DNA of 64,000 nucleotides from Thalia democratica (Eukaryota): NCBI GenBank assembly GCA_965202585.1, contig OZ241829.1, positions 21,948,001 to 22,012,000 of the forward strand, read 5' to 3'. Shown piece by piece: positions 48,314 to 61,254 of this stretch (position 1 is its first letter; each line of letters starts with the position of its first letter). The notes under the pieces were generated by a model. It saw only the letters and a program-made list of their open reading frames with translations, ran no database searches and was not told where the DNA came from. The position numbers and the translations under genes were made by a program.

Positions 48314-50442
48314 ATGTCTCCCCCTTATAAGCTAAGAGCAAGAAAAGACCTGAAAAAACCTTTAATTCCTGGGTATTACGTTGTAAAAAAGATATACGGC
48401 CGGAGAGAAAGAGTATTTAGAGGCAAAAAAAGAATTGAGTATCTTGTCAGATGGAATGGGTATAAGTCGTTAGTTTATTTTAATTTTAGCTACTTAATAT
48501 TTAATTTTATGTAAAGTTACTGTCTTTCAACTGAGTATGTTTAATTTTATGCAAGGGTATTGTATCTACTTAAGTTTTATTTAATACTTTACTAATATTA
48601 ATTAATCTTATGATAAGGTCTTAAATGTCCAAAATCATTAATAGCTTGTTTTGTTTTTAGATCATTTTATTTTTTTATTTGTTAACTTATTTAAAAAATG
48701 TTTAACTTAAACTTACTATAAAGTTATTATTGTTTGGTAGACAGTTTTATAAAAAAAAATAACAGTTTTAAGTTAAAAAAGTGATGCACTGTCTAATGTA
48801 TTCTTATTTGACTTTAAGATTTTTGATTTTACATAACTAATTGTCAAAATTATAAAACCACTTGTAATAAGAAGTAGCTATTTATAAAAATTTTTATCAT
48901 TATTTTTGTCTACAATTTTTTTATGAAAATAGTAATAAAAAATGCATTTTAGCGATGAAGATACTTAAGAACCACTTGAAAATTTGAAAGGTTGTCAACA
49001 AGCTCTTCACAAATGTAATAGGCGTTGTGAGCGAAACAAAATGAAAATAAATGATGGCTCAGAAGTGGTGAATAAAAAGAATAGAACTGGTCGGTAAAGT
49101 TAAGCAGAGTTATTTATATTGTTTTTAATTTCAAGCTTTTTGATTAATTAGGTTTTTTAATAGTTTGTTGAAAAGTTTTATTAAATTATTTTTTTAGTTA
49201 AAAGAATATAAAGTCCACATTAAAAAAGTCTTTCTTAGTTTAAATGGCAAAATTGACCAAAAACTGTTTTTAAGTACTAGTAAACACTTGCTTAAACCTT
49301 TTAGGTATTTTACTTTGAAAATATAATTGCTGATTCGATGTCGGAAATTTTGCAGTTTTAAATGAAAAACAAAAATACTGAAACAAAAAACAAATGTAAG
49401 TTAAACGTTGTGAAAGGTTTCAAAAATTAAAGCTGATTGTATAAAATCAGTTTCTAATATAATCATTTTTATCATTATACCAAAATTAATGGTTTAACAC
49501 TTTTATAGTGCGTTTCAAATAAATCTACTATTTGTTTCTTCTCAGACTTGAAACAGCTAGTTAAAATGAAAAACAGGCAAAATGTTATGCTTGCGAAAAA
49601 AAGTTTCCAGTTTAAAAGAGGATGATAAAACTCTTAAAGACACAAGATCGAATCTTTTGAGATGTTTACATGACATGGAGACAAATTACAAAACAGTACT
49701 AAGAAAGTTAGTTACAATTAATGTTATCTTTATTGTCTAAGATTAATTACAGCGTTTAATAAGTTATTATAGTTAATAAAAATAAATATTTTTGACTTGT
49801 TGATATGATAAGTAAATACAGTTTAGTTTAAGTAAAAGCTTATCAATTTCTTTATCTAATCAAATATTTTTTGACCTTGTCTTTTTGACTATTTTATTTT
49901 AATTTAACCCTGAAAATCTTGTAAGCAATTAAATTAAGTTTCATTGTTTAACGAGCACTGATTTTTAGGTTTAACGAAAAATCAATAGCCTTCGTAAAAA
50001 CAAAAATTCTACAACTCATCAAGAAGGTTAGTTTTTTATTTATTATTTAAAGATGAGTAATGTTTTTAATTATTAAAAGTTTTTAAATGTTGAAGCAGAA
50101 TCTGAAAAAAGCTTATTTAAGCCATATAACAAAACCGGAGAAACAAATAAAGATCAAATAAATTTCACATCAAATGAGGAAGATAATAACTTGCAGTCTA
50201 GTACAGATGTATACAATTCAGATGAACCAGTGAGGAAGAAGATGAAGTATCCTCCTTCAGTTCGTGAGATTCATATCAAATCTGATGAGGAGCTGCAGAG
50301 GATGTTCAGTGAGGAGAGAATTGAATACTTTGAGAGAAACCGCGAGGAGATAGCTGATGTATGGAGTCAATGGGAGCAGTTTCATAAGAAACTTCAGAAG
50401 AAGAAGAGCATGCACGAGAATAAAAAAAAACGGCACAAATAG
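48314..50442 (+). pseudogene. Chromodomain + coiled-coil gene, copy 3 (disabled)
   Basis: Same exon layout as copy 1; the conserved Trp of TWEP is TAA (gatacttaagaacca, about 48966); frameshifts in exons 3 and 5; C-terminal ORF 50191-50442. Confidence 0.8.
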
Positions 50443-52949
50443 AAAAAGTAGAAAATAGCACCGACCCAAAACAAAAAGTCAATAAAGGTGCTTTACAATT
50501 TAGAATAATGTTCAAAACTATTTTAATTACAACCTCTTGTTTTTTTTGTATATTTAAACGTAGCTTTAAAAATGTTCCTCCTAAAAGTTCGTGGCTTTTA
50601 AGACACTTTTGTAAAAATGATCCAATAAACTAATCTTTTAAATTTTTAGAATCGTTTTATTTTTCAATTCAGTTAGAAGTTTATTAAGTATAATCTGATA
50701 TTTAAGTTGTTAAACTACTTATTATCTTAAATTGTCTAAGTATTAAGATCTAAGAATTAAAGTTCATAAATTTTCCTATTTCAATTATACTACTGTAATT
50801 GAATGTTAAGCTTTGATTTAATTTATTTTTGTTAAAGGTGACTAAAACATTTTTTGATTATTGGTTTTATTGAATATTAAAAAGTATAAAAAGTTTTTAG
50901 TTTTAAACAAACTAAGTTTAAAAAAAAATTTATATGATTATATTAAACTGTGCAGTCTTTGTATTATAAAGAAAACCTGCTGGTATGTTATTTATCAACA
51001 CTCTTTATGTAGATAAAACATTAAATTTTAGATTAAGTAGCATTTAGAACTTTTATAAGTATAACATAACCTTTAAATTTGATTTGTTATTTAATTTTAT
51101 TTTTCGAACGATAAAAAACGCGCACAAAAAGTTTGGTCTTGGGATCTGGTGTACAAAGAAATCTTTCGGGTATCGAGTGGTACACTACATGCTTGTACAT
51201 TTTTTATCATATAAATTTTTAAATTTATAGTAGTAAAACAATCAATTAAATGAAATGAATCGAACGAAATCTAAACGAAAAATAAATTAATTATTTGTTT
51301 AAAATTGTACTTTAAAACTTGTCTAATAGTATAACAACTAAAAATAAAAAGTTTATATATACATATAATATAATATACTATATAATATATATACTTTAAC
51401 TTTTAAAATGAGTTAAACAATACTTGTAGAAAACGTGTGAATACTTAACTGATAGGGTACAATTTCTTTGAAGAAGGTAAAATTGTGAAACATTTGAGTA
51501 TTTTTACGTTAAATTTTATCAGTTTTTTGTGGTAATTCATCCATTTGTTTTATAATGTTACTTGAATAGTATAAACATTTTTACATTCAAAAAGATAAAT
51601 AAACTTTTGTATACTTTATTAATAGTTTTAAAGAAGTGAATTCTATCATAACTAAACTTAACTTTTATAAATTAAAATATATAGATATGTACTGTAGCGT
51701 TTATGCACATAACAAAAAAAGAAATGATGATAAATAGTAGTAATAACAACAACAAATTTCCTTCTACTTTAAATATACTTTTTTATATATTTGAATAATC
51801 GTAAAAGTCTAAAACTCTAATAATAGAAAGAATACAACATTTTTCAAACATAAAAAAGAAGAAATTTTCTTTTGTTTACATGATAAATAGAGGTTTTTTA
51901 ACATAAGTTTGTTTGAAACAGTTATCTCAGCTTACTATTTAAAAACTTAATTTTTTGTTAAAGTATATACATCTATAACTATTTATTAGAAATTAATATG
52001 CTGAAAATAAAAGGAAAACGTTTGTAAGTATTCTGAACTTAATTCAAAATAATAAACGTCTTTAGAATAATCAGATAGAAAACGCTTTAATCTAGACTAA
52101 ACCACTGTTATTTAACCAAAAAATAAGATAATGAAAAAAAAACTGGGGTAAATAACTAAAATAATTAATTAAATGACAATTACTATTAACTCTTTAAATA
52201 AAAGTAATTTGAGAAGTAGCAATAATCAATTATGACCTTAATATTCATTATTTAATAGATAACTTTTAAGTTCATTCTGTTACTTTACGAAATAACTTAT
52301 ATTTTTAAACATAATAGTAATTTAGTCAATAACTTACTACTTTGGTAGGATAGCGATTTATGACTTATTTTGCTGTTGAATCTATGTAGGATTAAAGTTG
52401 TTTCTGAAGACATCGTATGATAATTATGGGCTGTTTTTTAACTTTTTTTTAGTAATTTTTAAATTTAGCTCGAAACACAATTTTGTTAATCTTTAATATA
52501 AACAGACCTCACTTATATAGATATAGACTTTCAACATCTAGTACTTTTTTTAAGTTTTTTATTCTCTTACGCTATTATTGTACTTCTTCTAATGTATGCA
52601 TCTAAGTGCTCTGTTTATAAGAGCATTGATATCTTTAATATATTTTTTATCTACTCTTCCCTAGCACAACAAGCCATATCTAACATTGCTTGTAAACAAA
52701 GAATAAAACATCATATGTAATGCTTATTCATTTAAAAAGTGTCTCGTTTTATATAATACACCCAATAATGTTTGTAATTTTGTTTTCCTAGTTTATATGT
52801 GCTCTAACCATTTTAAAATTCTGTTTATAATTATTTCCAAATAATTATAGATATATATCTTTGTTATATCTGTTTTACCTACTTATACATTACGATCTAA
52901 ATTTTCAAAAAACTATGTTTTAATCGGTGCAAAATCATGCTTCTTGCTT

Positions 52950-53345
52950 TATTAAGGTTTAGTTTGAGTTTTTTTTACCATAAGCCAAACTGATACCTTG
53001 TTTAGTTCTCTTTTAAAAATTTTACTATCATTCAATTATGTGCTTTTGTAAATGTTTTGTATAGCATTATGTCATCTGCAAAGTTGACACAAGGATTGTG
53101 ACTCTCCTGGACAGTATGATTATGACTGTCCTTGACAAGGCGTTAAAACGTGTCCGTGGTGTGCAACTCAATAACCGAATGGATTTTTTGGGCACCAGGT
53201 TCTATGAGCATTTATTTTTAGCACTTTTTTTTTGTCGTTAATTAAACTTAAAAGTTGAGGACGCAAAGACTAGTGTTATTCTGTAAATTATTTATATGTA
53301 TTAGGTATAAAACGGCCCTAACGCTGAGCCTTGTGGTGCTATTTT
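52950..53345 (-). mobile_element. Degenerate L2/CR1-like RT fragment interrupted by an insertion
   Basis: PQGSALGP..LIHINNLQNNTSLCVLNF | ADDIML on the minus strand, split by 53088-53250. Confidence 0.75.
53088..53250. mobile_element. 163-bp unclassified insertion with 8-bp target-site duplication
   Basis: Flanked by AAAGTTGA at 53080-53087 and 53251-53258; removing it and one TSD copy restores the RT NFADD motif. Confidence 0.75.
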
Positions 53346-53545
53346 TTCACAGGTTGACTCATATTCTCTTTAATAAACGTTTTTATTTTAAATAAACTAA
53401 TTTTAATAAGCTATTTTTTTATCCAAACTATTTTAATTAGTTCAATATCACAAGTTTTTAGCAAAATGAAATTTATTATACACATTAAAAAAAAATTCAC
53501 ACTAAAATGACTTATTCACAATGATCCAATAATGTTTTTCGGCGC

Positions 53546-56500
53546 TTAATAACTTCTGCGTTTCCATCCGGGACCTTCTGCTATCTGACTGGGGTATTCT
53601 GAAATAATTAGATAAATGAAAACTTATTTAAAAGTTTTTAACACATTTATTTTATGTAGAAAACTGTCTAAGTAGATAAATCATTCCAATACTTCATTAT
53701 GATATTATAAAAAATAGTTTTTAGGGTTTGTCTGGTTTTTCTGTCATGAAAACTTAAAAACTTAGTTAAATTTATAACCTAAAAGAACCTGAACAACAAA
53801 ATATCTGCTAGTATTTATTACTATAAACTTTAGTTAAAGTTAAAACAAAACTAACGAGAAACTTCAATTTTCCTCGCTGGCGAATGGCTGCTTTTTGTCA
53901 CATGTTCAACAATTCCGTTTGTGACGACACAACTGACTTGCTTGCCGTCGTCATCACGACTGACTTCATAAATGAATGGTTGGTTCTAAAAATTGTTTTA
54001 ATTTTCATAAGGAAAATTAATGATATTAAAAGTAATTTTAAGAACTTTACATTATTACAAATTAAGACATTTACAATTATTTAGACATTTATGACTAAAT
54101 TAGCTTACTTTATTTATGAACATGTTTTCTTTTTTAAAAGTTAGTATTTGTGAAAAAAACTTTTAATAAATAAAGCAAACTGAACTTTAGGTCATGGTGT
54201 CGATGTTATTGTAAACTGTTTAAAAATTAACATTCAAAAAGTTTTCAGTTAAACTGTTATCAGTATTTTTCTACAGAAATTTTGATAAATTTCCATTTGT
54301 ATCTTCTTATTTTATACTGCATATTTTGTAAAATATTAAAAAATAAATACATTGCTTTTTAAAGACTGCACTTGATTTTTTCTTTATAAAACATTAAGAA
54401 ATAGTCAAAACAATTATAAAAACTAACAACATCTGATACTTGCACAACTCTATCATCAAGTTTGTATAACACCAATTTAGCAGGTGGGCTCATGGCGTCG
54501 TGTGTGCACGTTAAGTTTAGCTGATCCCACAGGTTAACTGACACATTTCCTTCAATTCTGACATTACTTGGTGCTGCGAAAAATTTTCAAAAAAACTAAA
54601 ATAATTAAAGTAATATTGGCTTTAGAAAACAGATACCATAAACGACAGAAAAAACACTTCTAAAAATTAATTTAAAGATTTTTATGTCCTGATAAAATTC
54701 TTATTAAAAATAACAATAACACAACCAATTCAATATTCAACTTCAGTTTGGCTGCTTTTAACAGAGTTAAAAGAACTCTTCGATTCATTAAATTAACTTT
54801 TCAAGTTTTTAAACATTAAATTTCAAACAATAACGTAAAAACTTCTAACCAGTATAGCACTTTGCTTTGTGCAAATCGGTCCAAGTCCTGTTAACTGAGC
54901 ATTTCGACTCAAAAGACTGAACGTAGCTACCATCATAACTCATGTAGGAATTGTCATCTGCACATTTGAAGGAAACTTGGGAGTTGTAAGGAAATGCATA
55001 CTTGTTTGTTGCATTAAGTGGGGTGAAATTTTTAGGAACTTTGCAAATAACATCTGAATATTGGATTTTGAAAAATAAGTTTAGTTTACAGAGTTTATTT
55101 ATTTTTTTTTATGTTATTAAGTAGTTTCTCAGATAAACATTCTCGCACTTTATACTAGTCAAATATAACACAATTCTGAAAACAAAATTGACTAGGATAT
55201 TTTTAAAAGTTATTGTTTTGGTGATGTAAAACAAATTTAAACAAAAAAAATAAACAAACTCTAACATTATCAGTTATTTTTTAACCTAAAAAAATAATCA
55301 TTTAACTTATTCTTTCAAAAAAAAAAAGAATCGGCCAATTACTTTTACCGACTTTGACAAAATACCAAAAGTACGGACATTTAATAAAAAAGCTAACACA
55401 AAATACTAGTTATGATAACAGCTAATGAAGTACAAAAACTTAAACAGCCTTTAAAGTAAGTAGAGCAAAACTATAACCGAATTCCTTTTGCCAAGAAAGG
55501 GTAGGTTTTCTATTTAAGTGTATATATCCTCTATTTTAAGTTATCCAATATGTTATTGAAGTTTTTAATTCTATTAAATTTATAATCTTGTTTGTTCGTA
55601 TTTAATTAGCTTAATACATAGATAGAACGTTTATTAAATTTGTGTAATTAACTTATTATGTGATTAAAAAACAACAAAGCAAAAACCAACCTTTAAATTT
55701 AGCCACAGCATTGCAAAGTTCACCACCCGGATTTATCACTTTCACTTCCACTTCGTTGTAGACTTCAGTGTTGTTTAGAAATACTTCGTACGTGAGCTGT
55801 CCGGTTCCCGTCCGTGTCTTGTACGGATAGCAAGTCTTTGAAATAGATAGAATATTAATAAAGCTTAAAACACTGTTCTCAATTTATTCGAACTGTTATA
55901 TTTTTAAATGCTTGCTCTTATAAGTTTCACCAGCCGGTTTTCACTAAAGCACTATGTAGTAAGTGTGCTTTTGAAAAGGCATCAAACTTTTAAGCTTTAG
56001 GTTATATTAATTTTTCCTTTTGCTCGTAAACTGGACTTACTAACATTGCAACTCTTCAGAAATTTAAAACTTATAAAAATTACCACTTATCACAAACACA
56101 ACTACAAACCACGTTTTCCTCCGACCACTCGACGCACTGCGCCCAAACTTCAAAGTTGAACCAATCGTTGTCGACTCGCACCTTTATCACCACGTTCGAT
56201 CTTCCCTGCACGTTTTTGTGGGAAGTCCCCTTGACTACCGCCCCCTCGTGGCCCCTCACCAGAAACGCTTCGCCGAAGTCGCTGTTGACTTTTAGGGTCG
56301 ACATGGAGGTTGGGGTGTCTCCCCTCCTGTTGTAACTGCACTCACCTGGTGTATGAAGTGATTGTTTTAGAAAAAATATAAATTTCTTTGATATTTTGTA
56401 TTTTTGTTTATTTATTTTTTAGATCTATGTAAGGAGTGTTTTTTTCAGATTAAATCTGGGATAAAAACTAATTAAGCAAAAAAATGTAGAATTAAAACTT

Positions 56501-56672
56501 AAAAAACGCATACTCGTGAATATAAACCAACTGTTTTTATAGGTTTTTACTGTGTAAAGTAAGCTGAAAACCTAAAATATTTTATAACAAAATAAAACAT
56601 ACCTGAAAATGGTCTCTTTGCATCAGAAAACAATAAAACGCTGAATAAAACGAGCAATGAAATTGCTTTCAT
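53546..56672 (-). CDS. Secreted Sushi (CCP) + Ig-like domain protein, about 340 aa, 8 exons
   Basis: Exons 56672-56603 (signal peptide MKAISLLVLFSVLLFSDA), 56345-56084, a needed 13-nt micro-exon (candidate 55943-55931), 55835-55691, 55053-54850 (Sushi, C..P..YNSQVSFKC..C....TW....C, phase 1-1), 54573-54428 and 53985-53856 (Ig halves, LNLTC..RDDDGKQVSCVVTN), and 53598-53546. Total 1023 nt in frame. Confidence 0.75.
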
Positions 56673-56859
56673 TTTTTATTAATTAAGTTTCTGCAAACTA
56701 AATATTGTTGAAAACAGTGTATAAATTTACAAAAACTACTTGTTTAAGCTATTATAAACTTTTTATGGCAATACTGAGTTTATAATAGAATAATTTCAGG
56801 TTTTTAAACAAATAAGAAGAGTAATATAAACTAAAAAAACGGCCATAAACTTTAATTTT

Positions 56860-57220
56860 GTGTTCATACTAACACTAGTTTAACTTGTTATATTGACTTT
56901 TATTTTTTACAACTACTGTACAATTTTTTTTAAATACAAATTTCTCTCAATAGTTTAAGAAACAAGTTGTTTTAAAAATATTAAAGTTACAACTACTAAA
57001 GCTACAATACTTAAACCTTGGATAATAACAAGCATGTAATGTAAATAGCTTTAACTTGATTTTTACCAACGCAGATAGTTATAAAACACACTTGTTTAAA
57101 TATACTTATTGATTAGAACAAAACTTTCGGTCATTAAACATAGAAATATCAATTTTGGGTAAGTTCATTTAATCTTTTAATACTAAGTCGTTTAAATATA
57201 AGGTTAGTAAATTTTATTCA
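56860..57220. repeat. ~350-bp diverged direct repeat (partner about 59060-59410)
   Basis: Shared ttacaactactaaagctacaatacttaaaccttgg..atgtaatgtaaa.agctttaactt. Confidence 0.8.
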
Positions 57221-60200
57221 ATACCTGAAATTTTTAAAAATTACTCCATGCATTTTTCTTAAGCTTTAGTATTTCACTTTTACTTGGGAAGACATTTATA
57301 TAGGTAAGTATTTGTCAAAATACTTTGTTGACATCAATAAAAAAGCAACAAATATAAATAAACCGATAAAAAGACTAAACTTTGACTAAAAACAAATATG
57401 TGATTTTTTTGTAATCAGAAAATAATGAAAAATGCGGGTGTCTTATTAATTATAGTGCAAAAACTTTTTAGAAACTTGAACCTACTCTTTAAATCAAGAA
57501 AGCAAACCTATTTACAATAAATCATCTTTACTAAAAAAGATTAATGAAAAGCAAATAAACCAACAACTAGAATTTTCTACAATTGTACTGAATAAAAGCA
57601 AACTATAAAATAATAATGATAGCTTAGCAGTTATTGTAATGAAACAAACACTAAAAAAATAGTCGTTATTTTAAACTTATTATTATTAGCCAGATAGTTT
57701 TGGAAAGAATCCAAGTTAACCAAAGTTTTACCACAAAAACAAATCTGTAAATACCTTGAATTTTTAAATTAGCTGATATATATTTAAAACAGCCTGAGTG
57801 TATGAAAACAATGTATTTCAAAATGTTGTTAATTGTTCAAAGTCTGTGCTTTTAAAAACTAGAAAAAAACTGTAAATAAATTCATATATACAAACCTTAC
57901 TAATATCTAATCTATTTGTATTTCTTTAATACTAACCAAATTATACAAACATGCATTGGGTATATTTAAATAACATATCAACCAATTTATAAAGCAAATC
58001 ACACTACTTTAAGCACAACATTGTAAATATTTGCTTAACAAATAAATATTTTCTGTTTTTAAAATTCACCCTACCACTCTGACACGAGTACTAATGAACT
58101 AACTAGCAAGTATAAAATTGAGCACATTTTGCTGCTCATTCAAATGTAAAAAGTAAAATTTCATAAGTGTGTAACTTGATATTATATAAAAAACAACGGC
58201 CACCTTAAAATGTTTCTATAAGTCTCTAAATTAGCATTGAAATTTAAAAAATTCAAATTTTTGAGACAATTTATTGTAATACAAACTAGCATGAGTCAGC
58301 CTAAATTTAAAAATATTAAATAACTTGAGAAGCCTGAATTCTCACTCATACAACATACTGTCAATTTAAGCTTTAAATCTATAAAAACAATTAAATAAAT
58401 TTTAAACTTTTTACTAACTATTTAGTAATTAAAATATGTAAATTCAAATAACGTATATTGTTATGTTATTTACATAAATGTTTCGAAATTGTATCATACA
58501 TCTATATTAATTAGAAAATGAATTTGAAAGTTAGTTTTTAAGTAGACATTTTAAAGTTAATTTTAAGTATTATTGCAAATGGAAACAGTTTTTTAATACA
58601 TAGCAAACAAAGCTTGAGTAAAGATAAGTTATTTAGTAGATTTTTAATAATTTTCATTAATAGTTGTTTGTAAATTAAAATTAAGCCTTTCTTGATCAAT
58701 ATCGATTCAAGGCTGTAGAGTTCACTCTGTTAAAACCTTTAAAAAATTCAAAGTTTTGCAAGATTAAAAAGTTTTAGCAGCGTGAAAAACCGAATGACTG
58801 ATCGAATATTTCGCTTTTTTAGTTTGTTCAAAAGTTGTTGTCTCGATGTCTATCCAATGTAGGAAATGCTCTGGTCTCCAGAGCAGGCGTGTCTACAAAT
58901 TATACTTCGCGTTTAACATTTCCAAGCATTTAATTTTGTTTCTGAAGCTTTTAATAAATTTTTTTTCTGACAACAATGCTAAATTTAATTTTTTTTTTAG
59001 GTTAAAAAACAATAAAACTAAGAGTTTTATCAACTTTAAAAACTACCATACACTTGAAACTTGTGTCTATACTAACACAAGTGTAATATGTTACATTTAC
59101 TTTTATTTAGTTACCACTGTACAAAATACTTTCAATTCAAATGTCTCATAATAGTTCAACAAACAAAGTTTTTAAAAATTATAAAAATTACAACTACTAA
59201 AGCTACAATACTTAAACCTTGGCTAATAAGAAGTATGTAATGTAAAAAGCTTTAACTTAATTTTTACCCATGCAAATAGTTTTAAAAGACTGTTGTTTAT
59301 ATTAACTTTTTAATTAATTTTAAAACTTATTTTTGTTTAACACGAAATTATTAATTTTATGTAAGTGCATTTAATCTTTTAAAACTAATCCCGTTAAATA
59401 ATTTATTAAAAAACATAAGTGTTTAAACGCTAAATGGTTTAAATTAAGCTTAGTTAATTTTAACCAATTACCATATACCATTAAAAACACTCTATACATT
59501 TTTAAGCTTAATTTCATAAAATCAATTGGTTTATAATAAAACTTTAATAACTTAACTTAAAAATTATTTTCTGGTGTTAGCTGTTCTATATTGAATTATA
59601 ATTAATTAAGTATTTACTTATTATCTTCAATCAATTTTTAAAAACTTGGAAAAATATTTTAACTTCTTCAACGCTTTTTATTTTTTATATTTCTAAAAAA
59701 TAAGCATCATCCTTAACTTACATACGAGAATTTTAAATCGTAGTTTTCGAAAGACTGTTACAGTGCAAATAAAAATATTCAACTAAGTTTAAGTTTCTAT
59801 AGTTTTGTACAAACTAAGTTTTTTTTAAAGTTTTTCATCAAAGATAATTACATTTTCACTTAAAGATAAAGTATGTCTGATAATTTAATATTTTTGAGAA
59901 CAAATTTTTTAAATTAAAAACGTTTTAAGACTTTTTTATTGAATGTATTAAATAATGAAAACTGAATTTAATTTTGCTTTTAAATATACTTAAACTGAGT
60001 AAAATTGTATAATAAAGTTAAGTCATTATATAATAAAATTAAAGTTTTAAAATTTAAAAGTTCTACTTAAAAACACAATTCCAGATATTTTTTTACAAAA
60101 TTAAGTAAGCTACATACTAAGCATTTTAAATTTAATATATTTTAAAATATAAAGTTATTTACATAGACTTGAAACTTTTGGTATATCTTTGAAATAACTT

Positions 60201-60772
60201 TAAAATTCTAAAAGTCCTATTTTTTCTCCCGATATCTTTTAAAATTCCCTTAGGAAATTTTACAATTCAATTTATCTTTTAGAAAACTAAGTAGGATTTG
60301 TTTTAAGCATTTAGAGTTTAGTATCTATTTAAACATACATTTATTTAAGATACACAAGACTACAAACTTATGAATTATCTTTATCTTTGATTCTAAAAAC
60401 ATGAAACTGAATTTATATTTACTTACGAAATATCTTTAAAAAAACTAATTTCAAAAGAGTAAACTAAAAATTATTTACTATTCGATTCTTTTAATAAAGC
60501 CAATAACATTAGAATTTTTTTTTTTTGAGTAAAAAAATTAAGACTCTTTTTTTTTTTCATAAATTATACATTTTAAAGTTCATATTTACTTGAGTGCAAA
60601 TAACATAAATAACAGATACATAAAGTGGTATGTCTGATTGCAAATGTCGGATGATACTTTTGAGTTATCTATATTTATTTGGAAAACATTTATCAGTATG
60701 AACAATATATTCTACTTCAATCATTATTTTCTTTCAATTAGATACATAACAAGTATACTCTAAAGATTTTTT

Positions 60773-60822
60773 TGTGACATTCTTATATACATTTCTCTAC
60801 TATTCTTCAGAAACTCACAGTA
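60773..60822 (-). ncRNA. Candidate minimal hammerhead lacking helix II
   Basis: Minus strand TGTGAGTTT-CTGAAGA-ATAGTAGA-GAAAT-GTAT-ATA-AGAATGTCACA; TGTGA/TCACA and TTT/AGA could form helix I; located 3' of a minus-strand Penelope fragment. Confidence 0.3.
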
Positions 60823-60969
60823 GAAGAGAAGATAAAATTATAAATAGTTTTTCACTAAAGACAAAAAGAAGTTAGAACTAACAAAGTAATCAATAAGCGT
60901 AATGAACAATCAGTGTACCATAATCATTAATTATAATAAAATACTATTAAAGGAAACAAATTGGCTAAT

Positions 60970-61240
60970 TTAAGTAGATAAAGACAACTTTGTAATCTAA
61001 TTCTTTTTTTTTTTGCACATTTCTGGTTTTTTTTTAAATTTAGATATAGCCTCTTACTAAAGAGACCAAAAACACAATTACGATGACTAATCATTTTAAA
61101 TCTAGATATCCTATATTTCCTAGCGCAATCTCTATTATCTATTAAATGTTCTGCAATTGAAGATCTTTTAGCTGCCTTTTTTGGTTGCTGTAGTTTTAAT
61201 TTCAGATTCTTCTTCTACAAATTTCAACACGCATGCAAGT
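60970..61240 (-). mobile_element. Inverted 3' fragment of a Penelope-like element
   Basis: Diverged reverse complement of about 62085-62325 (GIY-YIG C-terminus, IAEHLIDNRDCARKY). Confidence 0.8.
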
Positions 61241-61254
61241 TATATAGCTAATAA

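Noticed and set aside
736-50450. Duplicated units as a giant autonomous transposon (Maverick/Polinton, Helitron)
   Set aside because: No polB, integrase, ATPase, capsid or RepHel coding sequence and no consistent element termini were seen.
53884-54084. 66-aa plus-strand ORF
   Set aside because: Antisense shadow of the Ig exon.
54192-54215. Terminal exon FTITSTP* for the Sushi-Ig gene
   Set aside because: The exon at 53856-53985 completes the Ig domain in the right phase, so it is the better continuation.
56150-56341. Overlapping 63-aa ORF in the Sushi-Ig exon 2
   Set aside because: Alternative frame of a GC-rich exon, incompatible with the splice phases.
58700-59151. GC-richer patch and 101-aa ORF 58846-59151
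   Set aside because: No coherent frame, splice context or domain similarity.
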